Positions 1-10,393 of a DNA stretch of 64,000 nucleotides are shown here, piece by piece (within the stretch, counting starts at the first letter, position 1; each line of letters starts with the position of its first letter). The position numbers and the translations under genes were made by a program. Source of the DNA: a virus; IMG/VR virus record IMGVR_UViG_3300033143_001281, positions 16,271 through 80,270 of that record; one strand, given 5' to 3'. The notes below the pieces were generated by a model. That model was not told where the DNA came from, did not search any database, and worked only from the letters and a program-made list of their open reading frames with translations.

Positions 1-2704
1 TGAAAGTGGACCAACTTTTTCTAGCTTAACACAGCCGGTACAATTTTTACCTTATTCTAAAAAAACTGATGATTGGGCTGCATGGAATCTTGATTGGTTA
101 GAACTACAAGGAATAGAGTTCTTACGTATGAATTCTAGAAGACTTCTTAAAAATTATAAATTAGCAAAAGGTATAATTGATAAAACAGATTATATTGTTG
201 AACCAGATAATGAGTATAAAGAGTTGATGGATGTATTAACTCAAGAAAATGATTCAGCTTTAGAATTAAAATTTTATCCAATTGTCCCTAATGTAATTAA
301 TGTTCTTACTGGTGAATTTGCTAAAAGATATACTAAAGTACAATTTAGAGCCGTAGATGATACATCTTATAATGAGATGTTAGAACAAAAAAGAATTCAA
401 GTTGAAGAAGCATTGTTAGCAGATGCAGAATCAAAGTTAGTTCAGAAAATGGTGATGATGGGAATGGACCCTTCATCAGAAGAAGCAAAACAAAGTTTAT
501 CTCCACAGGGTCTTAAGTCATTACCAGAAATAGAAGACTTTTTTAGCAAGTCTTACAGAAGCATGGTTGAAGAATGGGCATCTCATCAACTAAATGTAGA
601 TGAAGAAAGATTCAAAATGCAAGAGCTTGAAGAGAGAGGCTTTAGAGATATGTTAATTGCAGATAGAGAATTTTGGCATTTCCGTATGTTAGAAGATGAC
701 TATGATGTAGAATTATGGAATCCAATTTTAACTTTCTATCAAAAATCTCCTGATCAAAGATATATTGCTGATTCAAATTATTGTGGTAAGGTTGATTTAA
801 TGACTGTTGCAGATGTTGTTGATAGATATGGATATTTAATGGATGAGAAACAACTTAAATCATTACAAAAAATATATCCTGCACGTTCTGCACAATATCA
901 AGTAAATGGTTATCAAAATGATGGTGCATATTATGATGCTACCAGATCTCATGAGTGGAATACTCAGATGCCAGGTTTAGCATATAGACAATTCACATCT
1001 AATTATTGGGATGACCCCGCAAGAGGTGGAGATATATTAAGTCAGATATTAGATGAAGGTGAAGATGTACAGATGTGGGGAGAAGGAAATCTTATGCGTG
1101 TATCTACAATATATTGGAAGACACAAAGAAGAATAGGTCACCTAACTAAAATAGAAAAAGACGGTGATATTACACAAGAAATAGTAGATGAAACATTTAA
1201 ACTTACTAAGAAAGGTGTATATGATACTTCTATATTCAAACAAAAAAGAAAAGATAATTTAATAGAAGGTGAACATATAGATTGGATATGGATTAATGAA
1301 GTTTGGGGTGGTGTTAAAATTGGTCCAAATTTACCAGCTATGTGGAGATCTACTATGGGTGATAATATTAATCCAATATATTTAGGTATTAATAGAACCA
1401 AACCTGGTAGACTTCCTTTCCAATTTAAAGGTAATAATTCACTTTATGGGTGTAAGCTACCAGTTGAAGGTAGAGTTTTTTCAGATAGAAATACTAGATC
1501 TACATCTTTAGTAGATTTAATGAAAGCGTATCAAGTTGGATACAATATGGTTAATAACCAAATTGCTGACATTCTAATAGATGAATTAGGAACAGTAATA
1601 ATGTTTGATCAAAATGCTTTACCACGTCACTCAATGGGTGAGGATTGGGGTAAGAATAATTATGCAAAAGCATACGTAGCAATGAAGGATTTCCAAATGC
1701 TACCACTTGATACATCTATTACAAATACTGAGAATGCCACTAACTTTAATCATTATCAAACTCTTAACATGGAGCAGACTAATAGATTAATGTCTAGGAT
1801 TCAACTTGCTAATTATTTTAAACAACAGTGTTTTGATGCAATTGGTATTAATCCTCAACGTTTAGGAGGTGCTGTTTCAGCTCAAACAGCTACAGGTGTT
1901 GTTCAAGCTATGCAACAATCATATGCACAAACAGAAATGTATTTTGTACAACATTCAGATCATTTAATGCCACGTGTACATCAGATGAGAACAGACTTAG
2001 CTCAATATTATTATAGTACAAATCCAAGTTTAAGATTATCTTATATATCTACAGAAGCAGAAAAAGTAAACTTTACAATTAATGGTACTGATTTATTGTT
2101 ACGTGATTTTAATGTATTTGCAACAACCAAAACAAATCATAGAGCTATATTAGAGAATCTAAAACAAATGGCTTTAACAAATAATACTACAGGAGCAAGT
2201 ATTTATGAATTAGGAAATATAGTTAAAGCAGATTCTATTGCAGAAGTAACAGATATATTAAAAGATTCTGAGAAAAGACAGCAGGCAATGCGTGAGCAAG
2301 AAATGCAACAACAACGTCAGTTGCAAGAACAGCAGATACAAGCTAAGGCTCAAGAAGAACAACAAAAACTTCAAGTGGAGATTTCTGAAAATGAAAAAGA
2401 TAGACAGAATAATATCACACTAGCAGAAATTAGATCTGCTGGATATGGGTCTATGGTTGATTTAAATCAAAATCAAGTGTCTGATTACCAAGATGCTATG
2501 AAAGATATTAGAGAAACAACTCAGTATCAACAGCAAATGGATATGAAGCGTCAAGAAAGCACTATGAAACAAAGCATGGAATCTGAAAGATTAAATGTTG
2601 AAAGAGAAAAGATAAATGCCCAAAAAGAGATAGCTAATACAAAACTTCAAATAGCTAGAGAAAACAAAAATAAGTATGATCAAAAGGATTCTGAGAAAGA
2701 ATAA
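1..2704 (+). CDS. Portal protein of crAss-like phage (5' end lies upstream of the window)
   Basis: The frame is open from nt 2 (ESGPTFSSLTQPVQFLPYSKKTDDWAAWNLDW...) into the 858-aa ORF. It has YPIVPNVINVLTGE, WIWINEVWGGVKIG, SLVDLMKAYQVGYN and GINPQRLG motifs and a Gln-rich coiled-coil C-terminus. It precedes the scaffold and MCP, as in Crassvirales. Confidence 0.85.
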   Translation, partial: ESGPTFSSLTQPVQFLPYSKKTDDWAAWNLDWLELQGIEFLRMNSRRLLKNYKLAKGIIDKTDYIVEPDNEYKELMDVLTQENDSALELKFYPIVPNVINVLTGEFAKRYTKVQFRAVDDTSYNEMLEQKRIQVEEALLADAESKLVQKMVMMGMDPSSEEAKQSLSPQGLKSLPEIEDFFSKSYRSMVEEWASHQLNVDEERFKMQELEERGFRDMLIADREFWHFRMLEDDYDVELWNPILTFYQKSPDQRYIADSNYCGKVDLMTVADVVDRYGYLMDEKQLKSLQKIYPARSAQYQVNGYQNDGAYYDATRSHEWNTQMPGLAYRQFTSNYWDDPARGGDILSQILDEGEDVQMWGEGNLMRVSTIYWKTQRRIGHLTKIEKDGDITQEIVDETFKLTKKGVYDTSIFKQKRKDNLIEGEHIDWIWINEVWGGVKIGPNLPAMWRSTMGDNINPIYLGINRTKPGRLPFQFKGNNSLYGCKLPVEGRVFSDRNTRSTSLVDLMKAYQVGYNMVNNQIADILIDELGTVIMFDQNALPRHSMGEDWGKNNYAKAYVAMKDFQMLPLDTSITNTENATNFNHYQTLNMEQTNRLMSRIQLANYFKQQCFDAIGINPQRLGGAVSAQTATGVVQAMQQSYAQTEMYFVQHSDHLMPRVHQMRTDLAQYYYSTNPSLRLSYISTEAEKVNFTINGTDLLLRDFNVFATTKTNHRAILENLKQMALTNNTTGASIYELGNIVKADSIAEVTDILKDSEKRQQAMREQEMQQQRQLQEQQIQAKAQEEQQKLQVEISENEKDRQNNITLAEIRSAGYGSMVDLNQNQVSDYQDAMKDIRETTQYQQQMDMKRQESTMKQSMESERLNVEREKINAQKEIANTKLQIARENKNKYDQKDSEKE

Positions 2705-2772
2705 CTGGTGTTAGCTATATACTGCAATTTATTTTTAATTTTCATCAAATATTATAAGTTTATAATATAAAG

Positions 2773-2792
2773 TTTACGTATATTATATATGT
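2773..2792 (+). promoter_or_regulatory. Putative phage promoter motif (TTTACGTATATTATATATGT)
   Basis: One copy of a recurring intergenic GTATATTAT motif found upstream of several genes. Confidence 0.45.
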
Positions 2793-2825
2793 AACAAGTA
2801 TTAATTATTTAAAACCAACATAATT

Positions 2826-4133
2826 ATGGCAACTGAAACACAAACTGTGAATAGTAAAGTAGAACAAGTAGATATTAATTTAGATGAAATATTTAACGCT
2901 GCACCTAGTGGCGCTGATATGATTCAAGATGATAAGAAGCAGAAAAATATTTTTTCTGGAAGTTCTGCTAAAGCAGACTTTAGTTTTGCAGATCCTGATA
3001 AAGATGAAAAGGATGACCTAAATGCTAAAGTTGAAGCTAAAGAAGAAAATACTGAAAATGAAACAGAGGTAACAAATACCCCTGAAAATGAAACAGAGGT
3101 AAAAGAAACTGAAACAAAGGTAGATGATATTATTGATTCTTTAAATGAAGTTGAAGAGGAAGATGATAAAACAGATGCACCAAAAAGAGGTAGAAAATCT
3201 ATTTCTGGTATATCAGATGTTTTTAACAAATTAATTAAAGATGATAAAATTGTTCCTTTTGATGATGATAAAGCATTAGAAGATTATACTGCTAAAGATT
3301 GGGAAGAATTAATTCAAGCTAATTTAGAAGAAAAAGCTAATCAAGTTAGAAGAGAAACCCCTAAACAGTTTTTTCAGTCTTTACCAGAAGAATTACAAAT
3401 TGCTGCAAAGTATGTAGCGGATGGTGGTAAAGATTTAAAAGGTTTATTTTCTACATTATCACAGGTAGAAACCCATAAAAGTTTAGATGTAAAGAATGCT
3501 TCTGATCAAGAAAGAATCATTACAGAATATTTATCTGCAACTGGCTATGGTACTACAGAAGAAATTGCTGAAGAAATAGAAATTTGGAAAGACTTAGGAA
3601 AGTTAGAACAACAAGCAAACAAGTTCAAACCTAAGTTAGATAAGATGCAGGAAAAAGTTGTTGCTCAAAAATTAAAAGAACAAGAGTTAAAGAAAGCACA
3701 ACAAGAGCAAGCATCAAAGGCATATATGAAAAATGTATATGATACATTAAAAGAAGGAAAATTAGGAGATATCAAAGTTGATAGAAAGACACAGGCTATG
3801 TTATATAATGGGTTAGTACAACCTAATTATCCTTCAGTAAGTGGACGTAACACAAATTTACTAGGTCACTTACTAGAAAAATATCAATTTGTTGAACCAA
3901 ACTACGGATTAATATCTGAGGCATTATGGTTATTGCAAGATCCAGAAGGATATAAAGCAAAAATTATGGATAAAGGTGCACAGAAAAGTGTAGAAAAAAC
4001 AGTTAGAAAATTGAAGACTGAGCAATCAAATGCAGGAGGAGCATCATTGGGTGTTAATAGAGCGGAAGCAGAAAGCAAAAGATCTTCAAAAAGAAAACTA
4101 AGTAGACCAACAAATATTTTTAAACGAATTTAA
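2826..4133 (+). CDS. Acidic, scaffold-like head assembly protein
   Basis: 435 aa with a D/E-rich low-complexity N-half and a helical C-half, located between portal and MCP. Confidence 0.6.
   Translation: MATETQTVNSKVEQVDINLDEIFNAAPSGADMIQDDKKQKNIFSGSSAKADFSFADPDKDEKDDLNAKVEAKEENTENETEVTNTPENETEVKETETKVDDIIDSLNEVEEEDDKTDAPKRGRKSISGISDVFNKLIKDDKIVPFDDDKALEDYTAKDWEELIQANLEEKANQVRRETPKQFFQSLPEELQIAAKYVADGGKDLKGLFSTLSQVETHKSLDVKNASDQERIITEYLSATGYGTTEEIAEEIEIWKDLGKLEQQANKFKPKLDKMQEKVVAQKLKEQELKKAQQEQASKAYMKNVYDTLKEGKLGDIKVDRKTQAMLYNGLVQPNYPSVSGRNTNLLGHLLEKYQFVEPNYGLISEALWLLQDPEGYKAKIMDKGAQKSVEKTVRKLKTEQSNAGGASLGVNRAEAESKRSSKRKLSRPTNIFKRI
3052..3102 (+). repeat. 21-nt direct repeat CTGAAAATGAAACAGAGGTAA with 30-nt period (ENETEV x2)
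   Basis: Exact copies at 3052-3072 and 3082-3102. Confidence 0.9.
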
Positions 4134-4195
4134 TTAAGTAAATTAAATATATAGTAACTAAAAACAATTATTAACAATTAAAACAATCAAAAATT

Positions 4196-5771
4196 ATGGC
4201 AACTCCAGTTTTAAATAATGGGATTTTCCTAAGAGATACAAGCTATAAAGCTAGTTCTCATGTTGATTCGTATCACCTTACCCAAATGCTTGGTAATCCT
4301 GAGCCTATGGATATGGGACCAATTGATCTTTGGGCTATGACCCAAAAGGTAGAAATGCCTTTGTATCAAATGGCTTCTTTTGGTATGGCAAACTCCTATT
4401 GCACAAGACCTTCCTTACATTGTAGCTGACATTGAACCTGCTAACGCTAGCAAAGGTATTGATGGAACTACTTTTAAGATTAAGGTTAACAAGAGATCAT
4501 TTGGTCATGGTGATATTATCACATATGACAAGTATAATGGTCTTGAATTATACATTACTGCGGATGATATTATCCCTGCAGGTGATGGTTTTGTTTATAC
4601 AGTACAGTTGGTAAACAACAATAATAGTGCTGTATTAGACAACAAGTATCTTGCAAAAGGAACTAAATTCTTTAGAAAAGGTTCTGCAAGAGGTGAGTAT
4701 GGTGAAAGATTTTCTGACATTGAAACAGGATCTGGATTCCGTGAATTCTACAACTTTGTAGGAGGAGCTGAAGCACACGTACACTATTCTATTTCTAGCC
4801 GTGCTGATCTTATGATCAAAGGTGGTTTGAATGCTGATGGTACTGTACCAGTAACTGAGATTTGGAGAAACTTTGATACTGACCCAAATAATCCATCTGT
4901 ACCTAGTATTGAAGGATTAGTAGCATCTATGGGTAAAGCTGGTGCAAGAGAAGCATTTGAAAATGGAACTCTTACACGTACTTTCATTACAAATATGGAA
5001 GCAGCACATTTATCTAAAATTGCTACAGATATTGAAACTTACCTCATGTGGGGGAAAGGTGGTAGAATTAAGCAAGACGGTCCAGATGATATTAGATTAT
5101 CTGTTGGTTTATGGTCTCAGTTGGATAACTCATTTAAAAGAGTATACAACAAGTCATCATTTACACTTGACATGTTTAAATCTGAGCTTTACAACTTCTA
5201 CCAAGGAAAAGTTGAATTCAAAGGACCAGACCCACAAAGATCACTTGTTGTACAAACAGGTATTGGTGGTATGCAACTTATCAACAAAGCAATTGCTGAT
5301 GAAGTATATGGTTCTGGTTTAGTTCAAAATGCTACTGATGTTGGAGCTGTAACAGGTAAAGGCATGGATTTAGATTATGGTTTTGCTTACACAAGCTTTA
5401 CTATTCCTTTCTTAGCTAACGTTAAGTTTGTATTGAATCCGGCATTTGATAACTTAAATACTAATGACATTGAGAATCCATTAATTGATGGAAGACCTCT
5501 AAGTTCATTTAGTTTTATCATCTTTGATGTAACTGATGAAGGTAATGACAACATTCACTTGTTGAAACTTTCTTGGGATAATCAACTTAAGTGGTTCTAC
5601 CAAAATGGTACTATGGACTACATGGGAAGAACTCAAGGATTTGCATCTACTGGACAGTTCAATGGATATAGAGTTTATATGACTCAAACCATGCCAGCTA
5701 TATGGGTTAAAGATCCGACTAAAGTTCTAAAAATTGTAATGAGAAACCCTGTAACAGGAGGATCATTCTAA
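4196..5771 (+). CDS. Major capsid protein, broken by an indel at ~4385 (ORFs 4196-4429 and 4380-5771)
   Basis: MATPVLNNG...MPLYQMASFG continues in the +1 frame as WQTPIAQDLPY...WVKDPTK. It has an A-rich leader, a strong terminator downstream, and the canonical MCP position. Confidence 0.8.
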
Positions 5772-5782
5772 GAACAATAATT

Positions 5783-5822
5783 AAAGGGGAGGTGGGTTAA
5801 ACCTCCTCCCTTTTTATTTTTA
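5783..5822 (+). terminator. Intrinsic terminator after MCP
   Basis: AAAGGGGAGGT...ACCTCCTCCCTTT hairpin followed by a T-tract. Confidence 0.8.
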
Positions 5823-5842
5823 ACCTTTTAAAATATACTATC

Positions 5843-6040
5843 ATGGCACTAGATATTAAAAGACAAAACAAAACATATGAATTTTCAAATTCAAGTGTTT
5901 CTAAAATACTTGCTTCTAAAGCAGTTGGTACGGATATCTTAGCAAGAGACCATGCAGATGATGCAGCAGCAAAAGCTGCAGGTTTAGCAAAAGGTGATTT
6001 ATATCACACAGCTGGAGCTTTGAAGATAGTTGTTAGTTAA
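5843..6040 (+). CDS. Small virion/decoration-like protein (65 aa)
   Basis: ATG start and TAA stop. The HADDAAAKAAGLAKGDLY motif resembles small phage structural modules. Confidence 0.6.
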   Translation: MALDIKRQNKTYEFSNSSVSKILASKAVGTDILARDHADDAAAKAAGLAKGDLYHTAGALKIVVS

Positions 6041-6157
6041 AGTCAAAAACTATAGCAAGGGTAATACCTTGCTTTAGAAATATTAGTAATAATAGAATGT
6101 ACACTATGGTGTATTATTTGACGCAAGTAATAATTATTAATTTTTAAAAACCACAAA

Positions 6158-7177
6158 ATGGAAGATTACACAATTGTTGAAAAGTATCAACACACAAAAA
6201 AGAATAGCACAATTGCTATTCGTCCTTATTTTAATCCAAGCAAAGAAAATATGGGTTTAGAAGCATATGGGCTATCATTACATGATGGTGTATGGCATCA
6301 AGAAAGTTTAGCTTGTTTAGAAATGAATGGAGTTAAGAGATACGTTACAGGTCTTAATGAGTTTGCTCCTGAAGTTAAAATGCTTGACCCTAAAAAGAAA
6401 AAAGAAAAAATTGCAGAAATTAGAAAAGTAGTTTCTGAATTAGAAGCAGAGTTAGCTGCTAATGTAGTTGATCCTGAAGATAAAGATTTTTGGAATAAAC
6501 TTACAGTTATGAAACCTGATAACTCAAAGTTTTGGGATAAGATTGAAATTAGATGTGGTAATGATCCGGTGTTTTTAGAACCTGATACTGATCCGTATGA
6601 TAAAATAAAATTATATGCTATTAAAGCTGGAGGTTTTTCTATTGTTGCTAAATCATTAGCTGAAGCTAAAAGATCTCAGAAAGAACCTAAATTTTATTTA
6701 GATACAGTTAAAGAAACTCTTACAACAAGAACAGAGTTAACTAAAATTAAAAATAAAGCATTATCTAACTTGCAAAAACTTTATGATAGTAATGCAACTA
6801 AATTGATGTATGTTTCAAAAGTAGTTGATGTAGATAGTGTACAATATACTAAGAACACACCTAATGATATTATGTATGAAAATATGGATACATATATAAC
6901 AGGTAATGGTGCAGAGAGCAACAAGAAAAGAGCAGCATCACAGTTTTTAGAAGTATCTGAATTAGATATGGAAGAATTAAAATTAAGAGCATTAATAAAA
7001 GATGCCTTATATTATAGATTTCTATTAACTAAAGCAGGTGGTTGGATAGAGCCAATGGATAGTGGTGTTAGGTTAGGTAAAAGACCACATGAATGTTTGG
7101 AATTTTTAAAAGATCCAAATAATGAAGAAACATTATTATCATTATTGGATAAAGTAGAACCATACTGGAATTCATAA
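6158..7177 (+). CDS. Conserved crAss-like protein downstream of MCP (gene-75-like)
   Basis: 339 aa, assigned by synteny; no catalytic motif recognised. Confidence 0.55.
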   Translation: MEDYTIVEKYQHTKKNSTIAIRPYFNPSKENMGLEAYGLSLHDGVWHQESLACLEMNGVKRYVTGLNEFAPEVKMLDPKKKKEKIAEIRKVVSELEAELAANVVDPEDKDFWNKLTVMKPDNSKFWDKIEIRCGNDPVFLEPDTDPYDKIKLYAIKAGGFSIVAKSLAEAKRSQKEPKFYLDTVKETLTTRTELTKIKNKALSNLQKLYDSNATKLMYVSKVVDVDSVQYTKNTPNDIMYENMDTYITGNGAESNKKRAASQFLEVSELDMEELKLRALIKDALYYRFLLTKAGGWIEPMDSGVRLGKRPHECLEFLKDPNNEETLLSLLDKVEPYWNS

Positions 7178-7187
7178 TATATAAAAA

Positions 7188-7892
7188 ATGGAAAATAGTA
7201 CACTCTTAATTAAGATAAAACAAAGGCTCAATAAGCTTGATAGCAATGACTATGATAACATTGAGTGTTGGCAATTTATAGAAGCCTTTAATAAAGCACA
7301 AATTGAGTGGTGTAGAAGAAATCTTCATGGTGGAAATATGTATAAGGAAGGGGATGAGCTATCTAAAAAAAGGATAGATGATCTCCAACCTTTACTTATT
7401 GAATTATCATTAACAGGAACTGTTACAGAAACTTATTTTGAAACTAATAATTTTCCAGTAGATGAATATTTAGAATATAAACGTGTAACAACACAGGCAA
7501 AAGATGATTGTTGTACACCTAGATCTATGACTGTTTATTTAGCTGAGGAAGCTAATGTGCCTCTTTTATTAAGAGATCCATTAAAAAATCCAAGTTTTGA
7601 ATGGGGTGAAACTTTTTGTACTATGTTAAATAATACAATAAGAATATATAAAAATGAAAATTTTGATATTGTGAATCCTATATTAACATATTATAGAAAA
7701 CCAACTTTAATACAAATACCAGATTGTGTAGATCCATATACTGGGCAAGTAAGTACAGTAAATGTAAATTGTGAATTCAAAGATGATTTAGTAGAAGTTA
7801 TACTTGATGATACAGCAGCATTAATAGCTGGTGATATAGAAAATATGTATCAGCAGCAAAGAGGTACACAATCTGCAGAAAGGAATAATTAA
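7188..7892 (+). CDS. Tail ring / head-tail connector protein (gene-74-like)
   Basis: 234 aa with NKLDSNDY...FNKAQ at the N-terminus and YYRKP...CEF...EVILD at the C-terminus, a pattern typical of crAss ring proteins. Confidence 0.6.
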   Translation: MENSTLLIKIKQRLNKLDSNDYDNIECWQFIEAFNKAQIEWCRRNLHGGNMYKEGDELSKKRIDDLQPLLIELSLTGTVTETYFETNNFPVDEYLEYKRVTTQAKDDCCTPRSMTVYLAEEANVPLLLRDPLKNPSFEWGETFCTMLNNTIRIYKNENFDIVNPILTYYRKPTLIQIPDCVDPYTGQVSTVNVNCEFKDDLVEVILDDTAALIAGDIENMYQQQRGTQSAERNN

Positions 7893-8020
7893 TGTATTGT
7901 TTTTTTAACTAAAAATGATTATATTATTATAGTAACAATGAAGTTACGAACAGAGTAAACTGTTAAAATCTTTATTTATAACCAGTGAGGGTAATGGTCC
8001 TCACACAAATTTTATTTATT

Positions 8021-9502
8021 ATGGCTTATTTTAATAATGCGTTTAACAAGACGTTTGTTGTGTCTTCAGTAGATACTGCTGGTGGAACATCAACAAGCGC
8101 ACTTACCGCAGGACAATTAGGTTTAGTAGATGGAGCTGACTGGCAAACTGTAGCAGTTGCTGGTGGTGGTGCCGTTCCGGCTATCACTGCTGGAGAGCTT
8201 GCTTATGTTGTTGAAGGAGCTTTTTATTCTAAAGACACAATTGGTAACAATCCTGGACACGGTGGGTACAAAGAGTCTGTAAAATCTAAAGGAATTAATC
8301 CAAGATATATTACAAGATTATGGGCTGCTAACTGTCTTAGTGCATCTCAAGCAACAGCAAGCTTATCATTAGGTTCTGACTGTGCTCCATGTGGTAAAAC
8401 ACAATTTATGAGAATTGATGTAAAAGGTTCTCCAGCACTAAGATTTTTAAATCACAATGCATATGCTATTGGTGATTCTGCAAATGTATGTTGTGTAGAA
8501 GGTCAAGAATACATTGATCCTACATTAATTGTTGGTGCAATGGCACAAATGGTTTTAGCTGACCCGCTAATCAAGCCGTTTGTAGCAGAAGCTGATTTAA
8601 ATGGTGTAGCAACTGCATCATTATCTGCTGGTGGAACAGGTTATGCTCTTGCTTCAGGTGTTGCAACTACTGGTGGATCAGGATCAGGTGCTAAAGTGAA
8701 CATTGATTCTCTTGGTGCTTCTGATGCTGTAGCAACATTTTCAATTGCTGATGTAGGTAGTGGTTATGCTGCTGCAGATGTATTAACTATTACTGGTGGC
8801 GGTGGAAATGCAACATTTATTGTTGATACAGTTACTGAAGGTGGTGTTATTGTAAGTGTTACTGATGCAGCTGGTGAAGTTGTACAATCAGTTTATTCAA
8901 TTGCAGAAACACAAGATGGTACATACACTCCTTCTACAACTCCAAACACATCAGGAGCTAAAGTTTCTGCTGAAGTTAAATTTGTAGGTGCATATGTTGA
9001 TACTGTTTTTGGTAATTGTTCATTTAGAACTACTGATCACTTTAATGCAGAGCCTGTTGAAATCATTGTATCTTTACTTGATGAGACTGGTAATCCTTGT
9101 AATGATTGTGGTGTAGCTTCATCTACTCCAGGTTCAATGCAACAAACTCAAGGTGAAGAAGTACTTAGAGAATTAATTTTATCTGAAAGATACCGTCAGA
9201 GTCCTTTTAATCAAGGTAATGCTGATAGTTCAAGAATCAGAGAAATTGAAATGTCTTCTGAAATCCTTGCTGCTGTAGATAGAACAGCTACATATAGAGC
9301 TTATTACATCCAACATTCTGTACCAAGATTCAACAATCCTTCTGGAGTGTTTGATAATGATCAGTATGTTTACAAAATTTATGTAAAATGTGATGATGCT
9401 GCTGGACAAGCTGCAGTTATTGATCTTATGGAAGCTTTAGAAGCTTGGGCAGGTGATAACGGAAACAAAATTGTATTTGAAGATACTAACGTATACTGGT
9501 AA
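8021..9502 (+). CDS. Virion structural protein (gene-73-like / auxiliary capsid protein) with a Gly-rich insert
   Basis: The likely start is ATG 8021 (MAYFNNAF) rather than GTG 7985. The codon style resembles the MCP, and a terminator follows. Confidence 0.6.
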   Translation: MAYFNNAFNKTFVVSSVDTAGGTSTSALTAGQLGLVDGADWQTVAVAGGGAVPAITAGELAYVVEGAFYSKDTIGNNPGHGGYKESVKSKGINPRYITRLWAANCLSASQATASLSLGSDCAPCGKTQFMRIDVKGSPALRFLNHNAYAIGDSANVCCVEGQEYIDPTLIVGAMAQMVLADPLIKPFVAEADLNGVATASLSAGGTGYALASGVATTGGSGSGAKVNIDSLGASDAVATFSIADVGSGYAAADVLTITGGGGNATFIVDTVTEGGVIVSVTDAAGEVVQSVYSIAETQDGTYTPSTTPNTSGAKVSAEVKFVGAYVDTVFGNCSFRTTDHFNAEPVEIIVSLLDETGNPCNDCGVASSTPGSMQQTQGEEVLRELILSERYRQSPFNQGNADSSRIREIEMSSEILAAVDRTATYRAYYIQHSVPRFNNPSGVFDNDQYVYKIYVKCDDAAGQAAVIDLMEALEAWAGDNGNKIVFEDTNVYW

Positions 9503-9526
9503 TACATATTAATGTTTAAATTAATT

Positions 9527-9560
9527 AGAGCAGGGGGAAATCTCCTGCTCTTTTTATTTT
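9527..9560 (+). terminator. Intrinsic terminator
   Basis: AGAGCAGGGG-GAAA-TCTCCTGCTCT followed by a T-tract. Confidence 0.85.
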
Positions 9561-9575
9561 ATATATTCTTGTTTT

Positions 9576-9597
9576 TTTTGTATATTATCTATATAGT
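9576..9597 (+). promoter_or_regulatory. Putative phage promoter motif (TTTTGTATATTATCTATATAGT)
   Basis: Recurring GTATATTAT motif directly after a terminator and before ORF 9616. Confidence 0.5.
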
Positions 9598-9615
9598 GTA
9601 TTAAAGTAACAAAAA

Positions 9616-10191
9616 ATGGCAAGCAGACATATATTAAGTTTAGAAATTCCCACAGTATCTAACTGTGATTTATTGTGTATAAAAGACACTAGTCAATATT
9701 CTAAAGAATTGGCTGTTGATTGTGAAGAATTGTTGATAACCTTACCTGGTTATTCGGTACCTGTTTTAATAAAAGTTGATAAAGATTTTGATATGTGCTT
9801 AACTGCATGTACTCTTTCTTTACAAAAAGAAGACTGTGGAACTAAACAATCACAAATTCCTGATGGTATTTACATTATAAAATATAGTGTATCACCTAAC
9901 TCTAAAGTGTATGTTGAATATAATCATTTAAGAGTAACTAAATTACTAACTACTTATTATGAAGTATTGTGTGATTTAGATGTGCAAGCATGTCAGCCAG
10001 ATTCTGATAAACAGGAATTATTATCAGAAATGTATTATATAAGAACTATAATTGATGCGGCAGTATCTAATGTTGAATATTGCCAATCATCTGCACAAGG
10101 TATGCAGTTATATAATTATGCAAAACAAATGTTAAACAAGATATCTTGTCCATCAGGCAACTGTGGATCAAGCTCAAAATATTTAATATAA
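9616..10191 (+). CDS. Cys-rich virion (tail hub/fibre-attachment-like) protein
   Basis: 191 aa with an IPDGIYIIKYSV motif and multiple Cys; first gene of the fibre cluster. Confidence 0.5.
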   Translation: MASRHILSLEIPTVSNCDLLCIKDTSQYSKELAVDCEELLITLPGYSVPVLIKVDKDFDMCLTACTLSLQKEDCGTKQSQIPDGIYIIKYSVSPNSKVYVEYNHLRVTKLLTTYYEVLCDLDVQACQPDSDKQELLSEMYYIRTIIDAAVSNVEYCQSSAQGMQLYNYAKQMLNKISCPSGNCGSSSKYLI

Positions 10192-10203
10192 ACCAACAAT
10201 AGA

Positions 10204-10386
10204 ATGGCAAATTGTACCAAATGTAATAAAGTATTTACTTGTGGATGTCAAAAAGCTAGATCAAGTACAGGTGAACTTGTTTGTAAACCATGTGCAGCTA
10301 AAGAAAGAGCTGAAATGGATTTATCATCAAGAGATTTATCTTTAGAGTTAGCTAAACAACAAATACAAGATTTAAGAAATAAGTAA
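10204..10386 (+). CDS. Small Cys-rich (CxxC...CGC...CxxC) putative Zn-binding protein
   Basis: 60 aa; fills the gap between neighbours with an A-rich leader and TAA stop. Confidence 0.6.
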   Translation: MANCTKCNKVFTCGCQKARSSTGELVCKPCAAKERAEMDLSSRDLSLELAKQQIQDLRNK

Positions 10387-10393
10387 AAGAAAT

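Noticed and set aside
4370-4429. Intron, intein or programmed frameshift in the MCP
   Set aside because: No intervening sequence, no intein motifs and no slippery site with a downstream structure.
7985-8020. GTG start at 7985 for the 505-aa ORF
   Set aside because: It lies in a hairpin. ATG 8021 with an AT-rich leader fits the pattern of the other genes better.
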